In this document: piece after piece, positions 13,201 through 26,276 of the stretch
Layout of the letters: every line of letters begins with the position of its first letter
Position numbering within the stretch: position 1 is the stretch's first letter
Origin: Moniliella sp. 'wahieum'
Lineage: Eukaryota
Reading direction: 5' to 3'
Assembly (NCBI GenBank): GCA_003971905.1
Contig: RSEE01000094.1
Coordinates: forward strand, 1 to 64,000
DNA: 64,000 nt
The notes under the pieces: generated by a model
Databases searched by the model: none
The model's input: only the letters and a program-made list of their open reading frames with translations
What the model was told of the DNA's origin: nothing
Program-made: the position numbers and the translations under genes

Positions 13201-13715
13201 CGGGGCAGGGGAACGTGCACGTGGGGGGCTGCGGAGGTTCCCCAAGGGGACTGATAAGCCGGGAGGTTGCGCTGAATGATCTCATCAATGGAAGGGACCG
13301 ATGGAGGATCAGCCCTCCTCTGGTCCTTCAGCGCAATGGGGTGGGCCTGCGGGGGCGTGGCAGCGGCGAAACTGAGGCCGGTCCCTCGGGAAGAGAGGAC
13401 GCGGGCCAGTGCGCCGGCAATGGCCGGGTGCACAGTGCGGCTTGCTCGCTAGGCCGAGGCGACAGCCCTCCGGGGTTGTAGGGTCGCCCATCACCCTGGC
13501 TGCATCCACGCTTCGACGAGCTTGCTGCACTGGAAGTGGTCTCGATGGGGTGCGAACAAGGCAACGGGCGGTCTGTCCTGCACAGCGAGAGGCTGGGAGG
13601 AGGCTGGGGGACGGCCGGCTGCCATAGGGTCGACAGGAGGAGAGGACTGCAAGAAGGGATCGTCGGGGTCGTCGCTCGAATCGGCAGCAGCGCGCAAGTT
13701 GGAGAGAGCCCGCAT
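10292..13715 (-). CDS. Fungal alpha/beta hydrolase-fold protein with a long low-complexity N-terminus (frameshifted; start uncertain)
   Basis: HVSFADVGDPAGSPVLVFLGLG..LRLICADRWG, nucleophile elbow AHSAGAP, C-terminal LVWHGSKDDKI...GAGHSLL. Confidence 0.8.
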
Positions 13716-15889
13716 GCGACTCAGACGAGCTCGGGCACAGACTCAGCGGTGGTGGAGGGCCATGGTGGGGTGGGAGATGTGGATGAGCGGATGGGGGCGG
13801 ATGGGGATGGCATGCTGTGGGGGCCGGAGGCTGGGCCCTGATGGGGGGGCCTGTTCCGGCAGGATTGCGGCAACGTCTGGGATGCCACAGCGCCGTGGGT
13901 GGGCGCAACAGAATGCACAAGAGAGTGTTGGCGTCGATGGTGGCGGCGAGTGGGGGAGGGTGAGGGTGAGGGTGAGGATGGCGTGAGGATGGGCGTGAGG
14001 ACGACGCTGAGGGCAATGGCGACGGCGATGGCGGAGGCGATGGCGGTGGCGATGGCGGCGGTGGCGTGGCGGTGGCTGTGGCGCGAGGCTGCGGCCAAGG
14101 GAGGAGTGGATGTGCCGCGGCTGCGGACCCAGAAAAGCTGGGCGGCTCGTCTGGAATCGGAAAAGCCACCTGATAAGTGCCAGGTCCCGATAGCGCCAAG
14201 CCCCCCCGCGCTGCCGCGCCACTCGTCACGTACTCGTCCCCGGCATTTCAAAATGCACTCTGCGACAGAATGGCCTGCAGCAGCACTCGCATTTTAATCC
14301 CCCCTCCCACCAGCCCATCCGCCCCTCGCGCGCAAACCCCATGCGTGCTCACATGTCACACAGGCATCCCCCCGGACCCCCCACCCTGGCAAGTCGCCAC
14401 ACATGCATTCGGCACGCGCGTTTTCCTGCCAAACTATGTAGTTTTTTTCGCCCTCAGATCCTCAGAAGGCCGTGCGAGACCCCGCGGGGGTGCTGCGACA
14501 CTCGCAGCCACTGGTGAGAGGGTAAATTACCTCATCGTCCTGAGATGTGGCTCCTTTTGGAGAACTGATGTCTCTTGCATCCAAAGGAATGGCTGGACAA
14601 GAGAAGCACATGCCAGCCCCAGTCGAGCCAAGAGCACAATGCCACAACCGAACTCTGTGTTGGGTGCCCCACAAGGAATAGACCGATTCCTGGGCCAGAT
14701 GAGCTCCCGCTATGGAGCTGGACGGTAATACCACCAAAATGCCGCCTAACCGCCAGCGGGGCATTCGTTCATCCAGGGTGTGCCTATCAGGCTCGGCGTC
14801 GCTTCATCATCCCTGCCACCGCTTAACACACAGCGTAAGTATTCGCGTCTGTCGCCGGGTCCTGGAGCAGGGATACCAGGAGGTCTAGCTGAAGCCATGA
14901 GATGTCTGGTAGCATGGCGAAGCCTCGGAGGAAACTCTCAGCTCTGTATAGGGGGATCGGTATGTCCTCCCTTCGAACTGCGTTTTCTTCTCGCTGTTGT
15001 GAGAAATGGACGTCTGCTCTCGTCCCGCAGGGGGCATCGAGGCCATCGTGCATGCTGACCATTTTTCTTGAAGCCAACTGCGACGGGAACCAGTATGAAT
15101 CCATTGCTTGAGATGCGTGAACGAGCTGAGACACTGAAGATCCTATCCAACCAGGATATGACAACACCAAACACCATCGGCAGCCATCCCTATGTTTGTT
15201 GCTGTACTACGTGCATCGTCTATTGAACTAGCGAATTCTCCGACTAGACCTTGAGCCGAAACATCCCCCCACACGTCCCCTCGCACCGGCCCTGGCGAGG
15301 ACGACGGCCGTCTAGATGTGCACATCGGCCAGGTAACTACGCATATGTGGGTGAAGTGGTGGAATGCACTGAGTTGGTAATGATAGGGGCTCGCTCACGT
15401 GAACCGCGTGAGCTGGCGGCCAAAGACGGTACTCTCGGGCCCACTTTATTTGGTGCCACTACCTTCATAGCCTGGGAGCGGAAGATTGATCACGATCACT
15501 ATGTAAAGAGAGTAAGTCGGGATGTCATCGATCACTCCTCCTGGGAATCTTCCTAGCTCGCACGTTTGCCTGTGGGGTTTGCGCTTCCCTTGGTCTCTAC
15601 CCCACTGCACGTCCTGCCACATGTACCTTCCACCAATCGAGTTGCGCCATGCTCGTTGAATCCTTGTTTGGCAAGGGGTAGCGACATATGCTGGGTGATT
15701 AACGCTGACGAACAGTTCCATCTGGCTCGGTTGGGGATCACCTGCTTTCACAAGTCATTGGGCAAACCTATCTTGGTTCTTCCTCTCAAGAGGGTGCGGT
15801 GCACACCTGACCTAGTAGCAAGGGGACGATCCGCCCAGGCAAGCAAAGAATGGTAATAGTACATGGATGACAATGCGCGCCCAACGACT

Positions 15890-16540
15890 TTAGTCGAGGT
15901 CCATCGACCTGTTCAAAACAAACATGCCGAGTCAGTATCGTATGGCAACAAACAATGGCCCAACCAAAACTGGTGGGAAAAAGTGTGGGGGGGGGGGGGT
16001 GATGATACGCACATTTTGGTGCCAGAGCCCGCTTGGAGCGCCGAGTTGGCAGCGCGGGCATTGCGGGCCTTGATTTTGATCTGTTCCAACTCGGGACGCA
16101 GCGCCTTCTCCTTGGCAAGCATGTCGCGGAACGTGGGAGTGGCGGGCAACGGCGAGACGGTCGCGGTTGAGCTTGCCCTTCTTGTTGGCGCCGGCGGCGG
16201 CCATGCGGGCACGGAAGAAGGCCTTCTCGCGACGGGCCTTGATCTGGGCAATGCGGCCCATGGCCTGGAGGGTGGCGGCGTAGAGCTCGCGGTTGTAGCG
16301 CACGGGCACGTTCCTCCGCTTCTCAAACTCGAGCGTGGCATCGACGGTCATCTCCTTGCCGGCGGCCTTGCGGAAAGCCTTGGTCCAGCGCACCTTGCGC
16401 GGGTTGCGCTTGAGCTTGAAGTTGTTGTGGCACTTGGAGCGGCAGAAGGCGAACACCTTGGCGTCGTTGCGCACAAAGGTGACGCCGTGGCCCGGGTAGA
16501 CGGGGTGGGAGCAGAAGTAGCAGTGCTGGATGCGCACCAT
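15890..16540 (-). CDS. RLP24: Ribosome biogenesis protein Rlp24 (L24e family)
   Basis: [46 protein letters not shown]; one frameshift near 16130; GT-AG intron 16012-15909 gives C-terminus KMSMDLD*. Confidence 0.95.
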
Positions 16541-16705
16541 GACGGGGAGAGAAGAGGTGGTGGGAGACGGGGCGGGTGGGGGGGGGCGGGCGGCAGCTGT
16601 GTCTGCGTCGGCGGCGATGGCCTGGGGTTTTCTCCTGAAGAAAAAAAAAGAGGAGCAGCGGCGTACGTAAGCGGGGCGGAAACTGAAATTGCAGCTGCTG
16701 GGCAA

Positions 16706-16798
16706 CCGCACGCAGGCGGGTGCGGGGTAGCAAGCTGGGCACCAACCCTACCCGCAACGCAGGCGGGTGCGGGTGCAAGCTGGGGCACCAACCCTACC
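16706..16798. repeat. ~46-bp tandem duplication in the divergent RLP24 / FAD-dehydrogenase promoter
   Basis: Two near-identical copies of CGCAGGCGGGTGCGGG..GCAAGCTGGG.CACCAACCCTACC. Confidence 0.8.
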
Positions 16799-17091
16799 AG
16801 CTGAGGCTTTAGTGCTAGCAGCACCCAGTCGGTGCAAGTGGCCAGAGGAGGCCGACCCCGAGACGGTGCGGCGGGCGGGGGGTTGGCGTTGGCTGCGCTG
16901 ATTGAAGCTCCAGCGCTTCCCGAGGCGCAGCGCAGGGTGCACTGCGATCGCACCACTCGGGCCATGCACACATGCGTGCGGCTGGCCGGTGGGGTGTTAT
17001 ATCTCGTGCCACCGCTTCCCCACTCGTGCCCCACCATCCCCCCGTGCCCCACCATCCCCACCCGCCCCACCCCCCCCACCCCCCCTGCCCC

Positions 17092-18900
17092 ATGTCGTCC
17101 TCATCCACCGTGACCGAAGACTTTGGTGCCGTGTTGATTGTCGGTGGCGGCCTGGCCGGGCTGGCGGCTGCACTCGAGCTCACCAAGGCCGGGGAGCAAG
17201 TGGTGATTGTTGACCAGGAGCCCGAGGCGAGTCTGGGCGGGCAAGCATTCTGGTCGTACGGCGGCATCTTCTTTATCGATTCGCCGCAGCAGCGCTGGAT
17301 GGGCATCAAGACTCGTACGAGCTCGCCCGGCGCGACTGGTTCAACTCGGCGCAGTTTGACCGTGCCGAGACGGAGGACAGTGGGCGATCGAATGGCGGAA
17401 GCGTACCTGCGCTTTGCTGCCGATCGCGACACGGGCATTTACAAGTACCTCGCTGACCTCGGTCTGGGCATCATGCCCTTGGTTGGCTGGGCCGAGCGCG
17501 GCGCCGGGTCCGCCTCGGGCCATGGCAATTCCGTCCCACGGTTCCACATTACCTGGGGGACCGGGCCTGGCCTGGTCGAAATTTTCACCCGGCCCGTGCG
17601 AGCGGCCGCAGCCAAGGGGCTAGTCAATTCCTGTTTCGGCACAAGGTGGAGCAGCTCACCATGTCGTCCGATGGCAAGAGCGTGATTGGTGCTACGGGCA
17701 CCATTCTCGAGCCGTCCGATGCGGTTCGTGGCAGCCAATCCTCCCGCATCTCGTCGGGACAGACGTTTTCCTACAAAGCTAGGGCGACCATGTGGCCACG
17801 GGTGGGATTGGGGGAAACCCCGAGCTGATTCGGCAGTTTGGCCTACCAAAATCCTGGGAAAGTGTCCTGATCACTTTGTCCTTGGTGTTCCCAATCATGT
17901 GGATGGCTCGGGCTTGGCCCTGGGCCAGAATGCCGGGGGTGCGATTGTGAACCCTGATCGGCTCTGGTTCTACACGGAGGTACGTTACTACCCCTGCCTG
18001 ATTGTAGGCTTGCTGGTGCGCTAGACTGACCACCATTCGACCCATTCCTTCCTTGATCAGGGGGTTCAAACTGGAACTCGATTTGGCCAGAGCACGGGAT
18101 TCGGATCATTGCTGGTCCCTCGTCCTTTTGGCTCGATGCCGAGGGCGAGCGCTTGCCTGCGCCGCTGTACCCCGGCTGCGACACGATTGCCACGTTCAAA
18201 CACATTTTGGCCACGGGGTATGACTATACGTGCTGATATGGACAGCAAGATTCTGAAGAAGGAGATGGCTTTGTCGGGCAGCGAGCAGAACCTTGATATT
18301 ACCAACAAGTCCATCTGGGGGCTGATTGATCGGTTGCGCTACGGTTCCAAGGGCGTTCGCGACTTTGTTGAGCATGGGGTGGATTGGATTCTGCGCGACA
18401 CACTGGAAGAACTGTGGAAGGCATGAACGAGTTGACGGCCAAGGACAGGACCGCAAGCACCCGTCGCAGCCGCTGGATGTCAAGCGGATTTACGACCAGC
18501 TGCATGACCGGACATTGAGACGGAAAATGCGTTTAGCAAGGATCCGCAGCTGGCGCTGATCAGTCAGGCGCGGCAGTGCCGCTCTGAGCGTCTGTTCCGC
18601 GTTACCCCGCCGCACAAGGTGCTGGACCCGGAGAATGGGCCGCTGCTGGCGATTCGTCTGTCGCTGTTGACGCGCAAGACGCTGGGGGGCTGCAGACCAA
18701 TCTGGATTCGCAGGTGCTGCGGGGCGACCACGAGACGCCAGTGCCGGGCTTGTACGCGGCGGGCGAAGTGTGTGGGTTTGGTGGCGGAGGCATGATGGGC
18801 ACAATGCGCTCGAGGGCACGTTTTGTGACGGGCTGCATCTTAATGGCATGCGCGCCGGCTCGCGTTGGTGCGTTCCCCCGCCGCCCCAAAGCCCGTAATC
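17092..18900 (+). CDS. FAD-binding dehydrogenase (PRK12834 / KsdD-like family), frameshifted, one intron ~17980-18060
   Basis: VLIVGGGLAGLAAA, LGGQAFWSYGG, VGWAERG..ASGHGNSVPRFHITWGTGPG, LSGSEQN, TRKTLGG, GLYAAGEVCGFGGGG; end approximate. Confidence 0.88.
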
Positions 18901-19735
18901 GGCGTAGCGAGGTGGATGTACGACGGTTTATTCAAGCATATATTAGTTGCCAACTCGGGTCATGGAGGGGGGCAACTGCCACAGTACGCAGTGGACAGTT
19001 ACATGAGTCGTCGCATCGGAGGGCGGTAGATCTCAAATCTCAGAAGAGATGACTTGGTCATGGACACCTGTGGGAGGCAAAAATGCAGGGACACAACGGT
19101 GCTAGGGATGCAATCAGGGGAAGGCAGCCCGGCCACAGGCAGGGGTGGAACAGAGACGGAACGGGCCCCCTCGCACAGCCTCTCCCCGAAAGAAGGGGGG
19201 GGGCAGAGGGACGAAAGAAAAGGAGAAAGAAAAGAGAGGACGAAAGGAAGCAGTGCGAAAAGGAGCCGAAAGGGAGGGAAAGCCAACAGGGAGAAAACCA
19301 CTGGAGGCACATTGGAGCAAGGGAGCGGAGGAAGCAAAGCCGCGCGACTCCAACGCCCCAGCAGACCATGGAGGAGGCGCGCAAGGCGAGGGGCACGCAC
19401 TGAAAAAAAAATGCTGATGCAGCACGCGCTGATGCATCCCACTGGAGTAGTCACTAGTCAGCGATACTTCGGCTGTCTGACCCTCACCCCACACTGCCCT
19501 GTGCCGCACGCCGTGCTTTCGCGCTCGTCCACCGCCCCGCCGCCCGTTCGCCTGCTTCGCGTCGCCGTCAACGTCAACGTTCAACCGTCAACAGACAGAC
19601 ATGTTCGGTCCGCTTCGCCTCGCCCCGGCGCTGCCTTCTTATATAACGGTAACGCATAACGGATACCCTGCCCTCTTTTGGTCGGTGCGCTTCTCAGCAT
19701 CGTATCCTCTCTTCCGCCCACCACTAAGTCTGCCC

Positions 19736-21895
19736 ATGCTTGCCCAGACACTTTGTCGCGCTGCGCTGCCCTCGGCCGTCTGTCGCTCGCTCGGGCGGTG
19801 TGGCGGCTGCAGCTGCTGCGCCCTGAGTGCCGCGCGGTTGGGCGCGGTACGCTTCAACTCGACCGGCAGTAAAGTCAACGGTCCGTTATTGGGATCGATC
19901 TTGGCAGTACGTACCTCATCCGCCTCAAGTCCGTCCTCCCTCTGCACCGACGGATGGGGGGGTTTGGCCCCACTGCGGTGCGTGCTGGGATTGGATTAGA
20001 TTGGATCGGTCCGATCTGATGGATACGATGATCGCTGACCGTGTCGTTCTCGCTTTCTGTCTGTCTGTTTTCGCAGCGACCAACTCGTGTGTGTCCATCA
20101 TGGAGGGACAACAGGCGGTGTGATTGAGAATGACGAGGGGGGGCGTACGACGCCGTCGGTAGTGGCCTTTACAAGAACGAGGAGTCTGGTCGGGTGCCGG
20201 CGAAGCGGCAGGCAGTGGTCAACCCGGAGGGCACGCTGTTTGCGACCAAGCGTCTGATTGGGCGCAAGTTCAAGGACCGAGGTGCAAAGGACATGCAGCA
20301 TGTGCCGTACCAGATCACGTCGCACACCAATGGCGATGCGTGGCTGTCGGTGCGTGGCAGACGTACTCGCCACAGCAAATTGGTGCGTTTATCGTAGCCA
20401 AGCTCAAGGATACGGCGGCGGGCTACCTGGGGAGGGCGGTGAAGCATGCTGTGATCACCGTTCCGGCGTACTTTAACGACTCGCAGCGCCAGGCAACCAA
20501 GGATGCCGGCACGATTGCCGGCTGGATGTGCTGCGGGTGATCAACGAGCCTACGGCGGCGGCGTTGGCGTACGGGCTGGACAAGGACCAGGCAGCGACGA
20601 TTGCCGTGTTTGACTTGGGAGGCGGGACGTTTGATGTGTCGGTTCTCGAGATGCAGAACGGCGTGTTTGAAGTCAAGTCGACCAATGGCGATACCCACCT
20701 GGGCGGGGAGGACTTTGACATTGTCCTGGTCCAGCATCTTGTGCAGCAGTTCAAGTCCGACTCGGGCATCGACCTATCGGGTGACCGCATGGCCATCCAG
20801 CGTATCCGTGAGGCAGCGGAGAAGGCCAAGATCGAACTCTCGTCGCACCTTCAACGGAAATCTCCCTGCCCTACATTACAGCCGACGCTACGGGCCCCAA
20901 ACACATTTCCCACAAGCTCACCCGAACCCAGCTGGAGGTGCTGGTGGGCAGCTGGTGGAGCGCACGGTGGAGCCGTGCAAGAAGGCGTTGGCCGATGCTG
21001 GCGCCAAGCCGACGGACATTGAGGCGGTCATCATGGTGGGTGGCATGAGCCGCATGCCCAAAGTTCTCACCACCGTCAAGGACATTTCAAGCGGGAGCCG
21101 AGCAAGGGCGTCAACCCCGATGAGGCGGTCGCCATTGGTGCGTCGATCCAGGGGGGCGTACTGTCGGGCCAGGTGACGGACATTTGTGCTCGACTGACGT
21201 GACGCCGCTGTCGCTGGGCATCAATACCCTGGGCGGCGTGTTTACTCGTCTGATCAACCGCAACACCACGATCCCGACCAAAAAGTCCCAGACCTTCTCC
21301 ACTGCCGCCGATGGCAGACGGCAGTGGAGATCCAGGTTTACCAGGGCGAACGGGAATTGGTCAAGGACAACAAGTTGCTCGGTAACTTTAACCTGGGTGG
21401 TCTTCCGCCGGCCGCGCGGTGTGCCTCAGATCGAGGTGTCGTTGACATTGACGCAGACGGCATCCTTTCCGTCAGCGCCAAGGACAAGGCGACCAGCAAG
21501 GATGCCAACATCACAGTCGCCGCCTCCTCGGGGCTGTCCGACTCGGAGATTGAGAACATGGTGCAGACGCGGAGAAGCACGCCGAGGCGGACAAGGCGCG
21601 CAAAGATTTGATCGAGGAGACCAACCGTGCGCAGTCGGTGTGTGCCGAGACGTCCAAGGCGGTCGGGGAGTTTGCCGACCAGCTTCCGCAGGAGGAGAAG
21701 GACAAGCTCACTGCGCTCATTCAAAAGACGGAGGAGTTGGCTGCCAAGGCGCAAAATGGCGATTCGGACCTCACCTCGGACCAGGTGCGGGAACAAATCG
21801 CGGAGACACAGCAGGCGTCGCTCGGTCTCTTCAAGCAGATTATGAGCGCAACGCTGAGAGCCAAGCGAAACGAAGGTGCGGAGAAGAAGGAGTGA
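19736..21895 (+). CDS. SSC1: Mitochondrial Hsp70
   Basis: Basic presequence ending [79 protein letters not shown]; intron ~19908-20076; several frameshifts. Confidence 0.95.
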
Positions 21896-22940
21896 AACAT
21901 GGCTTGACCTCTTGGCGCTGCTACCTCCTCTGATCCATTCTGTCATCTACAAGGAAAGCACATTCCTTGTCCATGTCGTTTGCTTCAACTCCGTTTCATG
22001 CCCACATTCTGCCGTCTCTGCTGCACTCACACCCCTCCCCCGCCGTTCATGTCCACCTGCCCCTCGCGACAGGTCTACTACTATCCACATTGCACTGCTT
22101 TGTTTCCATCTCTGCCATGGTACACTCGATCGGTGTAACAGTAGATACATAGATGCCCGGCGGAGAGGATGGGAACGTAGTGAGCGAAGGTGAGAGAGGG
22201 CCTCTGGTGATGTGGCATGGCATGCTAAAAGGGCAGAGAAAGAGGGGGCCGATGTGGGCTGGGACGAGGAATGATTAATGAGGCTTGCCAGAGGGATGTT
22301 GGGACGCTGGTCTTGTTGCGGGCGTCCTCAGCGAGGAGTGCGGCTGGCAGGACCCAGGAACGTAACGGAGGAGCACCGAGCGCCAACGCTAGGGCAGATA
22401 CGGATCGAATGGCAGAGCAGCGAGCTGGATGCCGGAACGTAGCAATGCCAAGGCGGGGAGACGGCCGATGCTTGCCTGGCGCATCACCTTCCCCATCGCA
22501 GAAAAAGTGAGAAGCGATGTGGGGCCGCCTTGTTGCCGCAAGCATCTCGCTTCGCTCCAGAGCGCCGGAGCCTTGGCGCTGGGCGGCACCAGATCGGCCA
22601 CCAACCATGTGGAACCAGGAGAACCAACCCACCTTTCTTATCAGTCCGGGGGAGAAACGTACATCGTTGTCCTCCCCCCATGCCCGCACACTTACGTGGG
22701 TGGGGTGTTGGGCGTGAATCTCCACGTCGCCTTCACTCCTAACTTACCCAGGATTGTCCTCTTCCTCGTTATCTGTCCAGGGCAAGTGGGTCGCAATCCA
22801 GCTAGACCTATGATATCCATGTCGTCTCGCGCTAAGAGTGTACAAACCTTGAAAAACGCGTAGAATTTCCCATGTGGGGGGAACCAGACGACTGAGCGGG
22901 CTGAGCTGGACAAGCAGCGGGCACATGGGCCCGCGGGCAC

Positions 22941-23589
22941 TTAGGCGCTCTTGATGGCCGCAACGTTGGCCAGGGAGCCCTCGTCGCCGGCAGCCTCGAG
23001 CATCTGGCAAACCAAGACCAAACACGCAGAGCAAAGGGATTCGAGGGTCAGTAGGAATCGATTGTTGGGACGTGCCGCGGAAGGAACACAAAAATACATA
23101 CCGAGATAAGCAGGTCGACGTACTGAGGCCATTGCCAGACGAGGTCAGTAAGGGCGTGCAGGCACCAACCACATCCACCAGACGGGTAAGAAACGTACCT
23201 CCTTCTGCGCCTCCTCGGTCGACTTGCCCTTGACACTGTTCCAGGCGTCCCTGATGGATGGAAGCATCGCAGCGTCAGTGGGAGAAGGTGAGGGGGAGGG
23301 GGGGGGAGAGAGTGGGGCAGGGGAGCAAACGTACCACTTGGCCTTGCCAGTCAGGTCAAACATGCCGGGGCGGAGGTGTTGACGTCGCCAACGGTGGCCT
23401 GCTTGTAGCTATACGCAGCGGGGCGGGGAGAGCAGAGCAGGAGCAGGGTCAGAACTCGGGAGAAGCAGGCAGCGGGGGTACGCACAGCGAGTAGAACTGG
23501 AGCTGCTGCTGGGTGGTGGGCTTGACGGGGCCGTCCTTGGGGAGGCTCTGGACAGTGGCGACGGCCTTCTCGAACTGGGTGGCAGACAT
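22941..23589 (-). CDS. ACB1: Acyl-CoA-binding protein (four introns)
   Basis: Exons join to MSATQFEKAVATVQSLPKDGPVKPT..FYSL/YKQATVGDVNT..MFDLTGKAKW/DAWNSVKGKSTEEAQKE/YVDLLIS/MLEAAG.. Confidence 0.93.
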
Positions 23590-24608
23590 GGCAGGTGGGG
23601 GGTGGTGGTGGGGGCAGGCAGGAAGGAAGAGCAGAGGATGGTCGGATAGCAGCCAGGCGTGTGGGGCTAGGGTTGGTGCACTCGGCCCTCGGCCCTCGGC
23701 CATCGACTATCCATCGACGATCGTGCTTCGCTTGGGCCGCCTGGCTTGCCGCCGCGTGGACGATGCCCAGGGCAGCCGCCCCACACTCCCACTCGCACTC
23801 TGGCACACACTGGCGCTGTGCTGCCGCGCATTCGTCACCGATTCCAGCGCTCATGCGTCCTGGTGGGTGCTGGCAAGTGGCCGCGTGGGGGTGGCCGGTG
23901 GGCTCTGGGATCCGGGACGCCCCGCTGGGTCCGTGCGAGCCCACGCAGCCCATCCACGCCCAGCACCAGCCACGCGGCGCGCTTACCTCATCATTCGCTG
24001 CCAGCCGTCGTCGGGCGGCGTATCCAGTGTAACGGGGACGGGCGGCTTCAGCTTCAACTGAAGGTTCAACGTTCAACTGCAATTGAATTGAAGTCAACCT
24101 GCAACCTCCAAGGTCTTCCCATCCCAGAGCTGGTGCGCATCGACAGCGGCAGTTTGGGTTGGGGGCGTCAAGTCGCGCATCAAGCTTCAAGGGGGTCGGC
24201 GCCAACATTCCTCGTGGTATGGCCAGTCCGGGTGTGGAGTCCGGGTACGGCAAGCTCCGGAACTGTGCTCGTGGGTACTGTGTACAAGTAATAATCCGCC
24301 CGTCTTCGGTCTCCGCAGCGGCCATAGCTTTGTGCGGGTGCAACGCACTGAGAACAGACAGACAGAGGTGTAAACAGAGCCTGATGGATGAAGAGAAGGA
24401 AGAGCGGAACCAGCCGGACGGGAAACGGAAATTGGGCGGAATCACCCGGGAGCCCGTGCCCGTCCGCACAAGCTTCCCACCACTCGCGCGCGGGGGTGGG
24501 GATGGGACACAACACCCTTTTGGGGGGAGGATGCAGAGCGTTTAAACCTCCCTTTTTGATTCCTCCCAAGATCGAATGATCCATGTCAAGGTAGCATTTT
24601 TGGTCAGG

Positions 24609-25590
24609 GATACTGGGGCGAGCATCCTGATCACAGTATGCAGCTAGTAGGGCATCCGGTGGCCACGTTGCTCGTGGAATTGTCCCAAACCCAAGATGAT
24701 GAGAGAGTGGCGATGGCACAACGGGCGGAGTGGTGATGGCTGGCGCGTTGCTCGAGCAGACTGAAAGGTTGCTAGACAAAGACATCTACTCCATCCGCAT
24801 GGCCGATAGGTCCGACCGCAGTACATGTGGTGAGATTGCGGTGGCCGAGCAGGAGGCGGGCCCAATTGGGTTTAGTCGGACGGAGAGGAGGGAATTGCTC
24901 AAGATGGCCAAGATGTCGTAAGGCTCCAAGATTGTCAACATGTCGAAGTATCAGTTTGGCCCGATGGCCGTGGATGCCGTTCTGTCCGTGGTCTGCCCGT
25001 GGCCGACTTGGAGCGAAAGGACGTGGACTTTGAGTTGATAAGGTGGATGGCAAAGTAGGTGGGTCGTTGGAGGACGGCGTCGGTGCATGGCTGGCGTGGT
25101 GTTGGCCAAGGACTTTAGACATTCGGAAGAATGCCTCAGAGCGTACACGAGGCTCGGCTTGCCTGCCCGTTTGAACCGCCGCGACCTAAGACGAAGCGCA
25201 AGCTGGACATTACCACGGTGGACGAGTACCGCAAGCTGCAAACGTGAGAGCGGGAGACGTTTCTTGCTCCAAAAGAACCTGCCCGCGGTCCGGTAAGTGG
25301 GCGCGGAACAGAGATGGAGCTGGTTGCGATCACGATGGGCGGGCTGCGTGTGTCTCGGTTTGAGGATCTGTCGCCTGCCCACCAGCTGGGGCGGAGTCTG
25401 GGTGGTGCGGCAGGGCTGGTGGCGAGCAGTACGCGATGCGCGCGTCCAGCCAAGCGTTGGACGGGGCACCGCTTGCACTTGCGGCCAGCAGTGGGCTGGG
25501 GCTCATCGAGAGTCCGACGGCCGCCAAGAGCAGGCAAATGCTCAAGGCCAACTCGCGGCTGAGGATTGACTGCATCATGGGCACCTCGGG
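24609..25590 (+). pseudogene. CCT5: Decayed, internally deleted copy of CCT chaperonin epsilon subunit
   Basis: [134 protein letters not shown]; in-frame stops at 24919, 25245 and 25294; both termini missing. Confidence 0.9.
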
Positions 25591-25974
25591 CTCGCCTGCT
25601 GGTCACCCAGCTGGTCCGCACCGTGCTGAATGTTGATTGACGATGTGATCCGGCAGCACGGCGTGGAGTAACCCAATCGCACTGCATCCTATTGCTCTCC
25701 TGGCTAGCCGAACCGAGCACACACCAACCCAGGTGACCGTCCGTGGCCCGTTCTGTAAATGGCGAGGAGGGATGGGGGGATGGATAAATGAAGGAAAGTG
25801 GATAGGTGTTGGCAGTATACTATTATCCAGAAAACGCACCATGGATATGCCCCTTAGAAAGGACACCTCACCACCAGCACAACCACCCCTACCTTCATGC
25901 AATCGTCGGGGACGAAGGACAACCAAAAAAACCAAGGCAAACCCCCTAAACGCCTACGATGCCGAAAAAAAATG

Positions 25975-26062
25975 TTCCCCAACCGGGAGTCGAACCCGGG
26001 TCTTCACGGAACAGCTGCTGGAGCTTGAAAGCGTGACATCATAGCCGTTGGACCATTGAGGA
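25975..26062 (-). tRNA. tRNA-Glu (TTC) with 16-nt intron
   Basis: Acceptor stem TCCTCAA/TTGGGGA, anticodon stem TCACG/CGTGA with CT-TTC-A, intron at the canonical 37/38 position, T-arm GGTTCGACTCC, downstream oligo-T. Confidence 0.95.
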
Positions 26063-26276
26063 CTGATACCGCAGTTGATTCCGCTGGGATCAGGTGCTGG
26101 TGACACGCGCCATCGGTGAGAGTAAAAAGAAGGAAATGCAAGGCTGACCTGGGCTGCTCCACCCTGGCACGCGCCGGGGCTACGGCAGAGGCATAGGCCC
26201 AGGCTTGGGATTTGATTCCATCCCCACCCCACCGACTGCCGCCTTTGCCTTCGCCTTCGCCTTCGCCTTGGCTGCC

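Noticed and set aside
15863..16804. 313-aa plus-strand ORF and similar long antisense ORFs over conserved genes
   Set aside because: Shadow ORFs caused by GC-rich codon usage on the opposite strand
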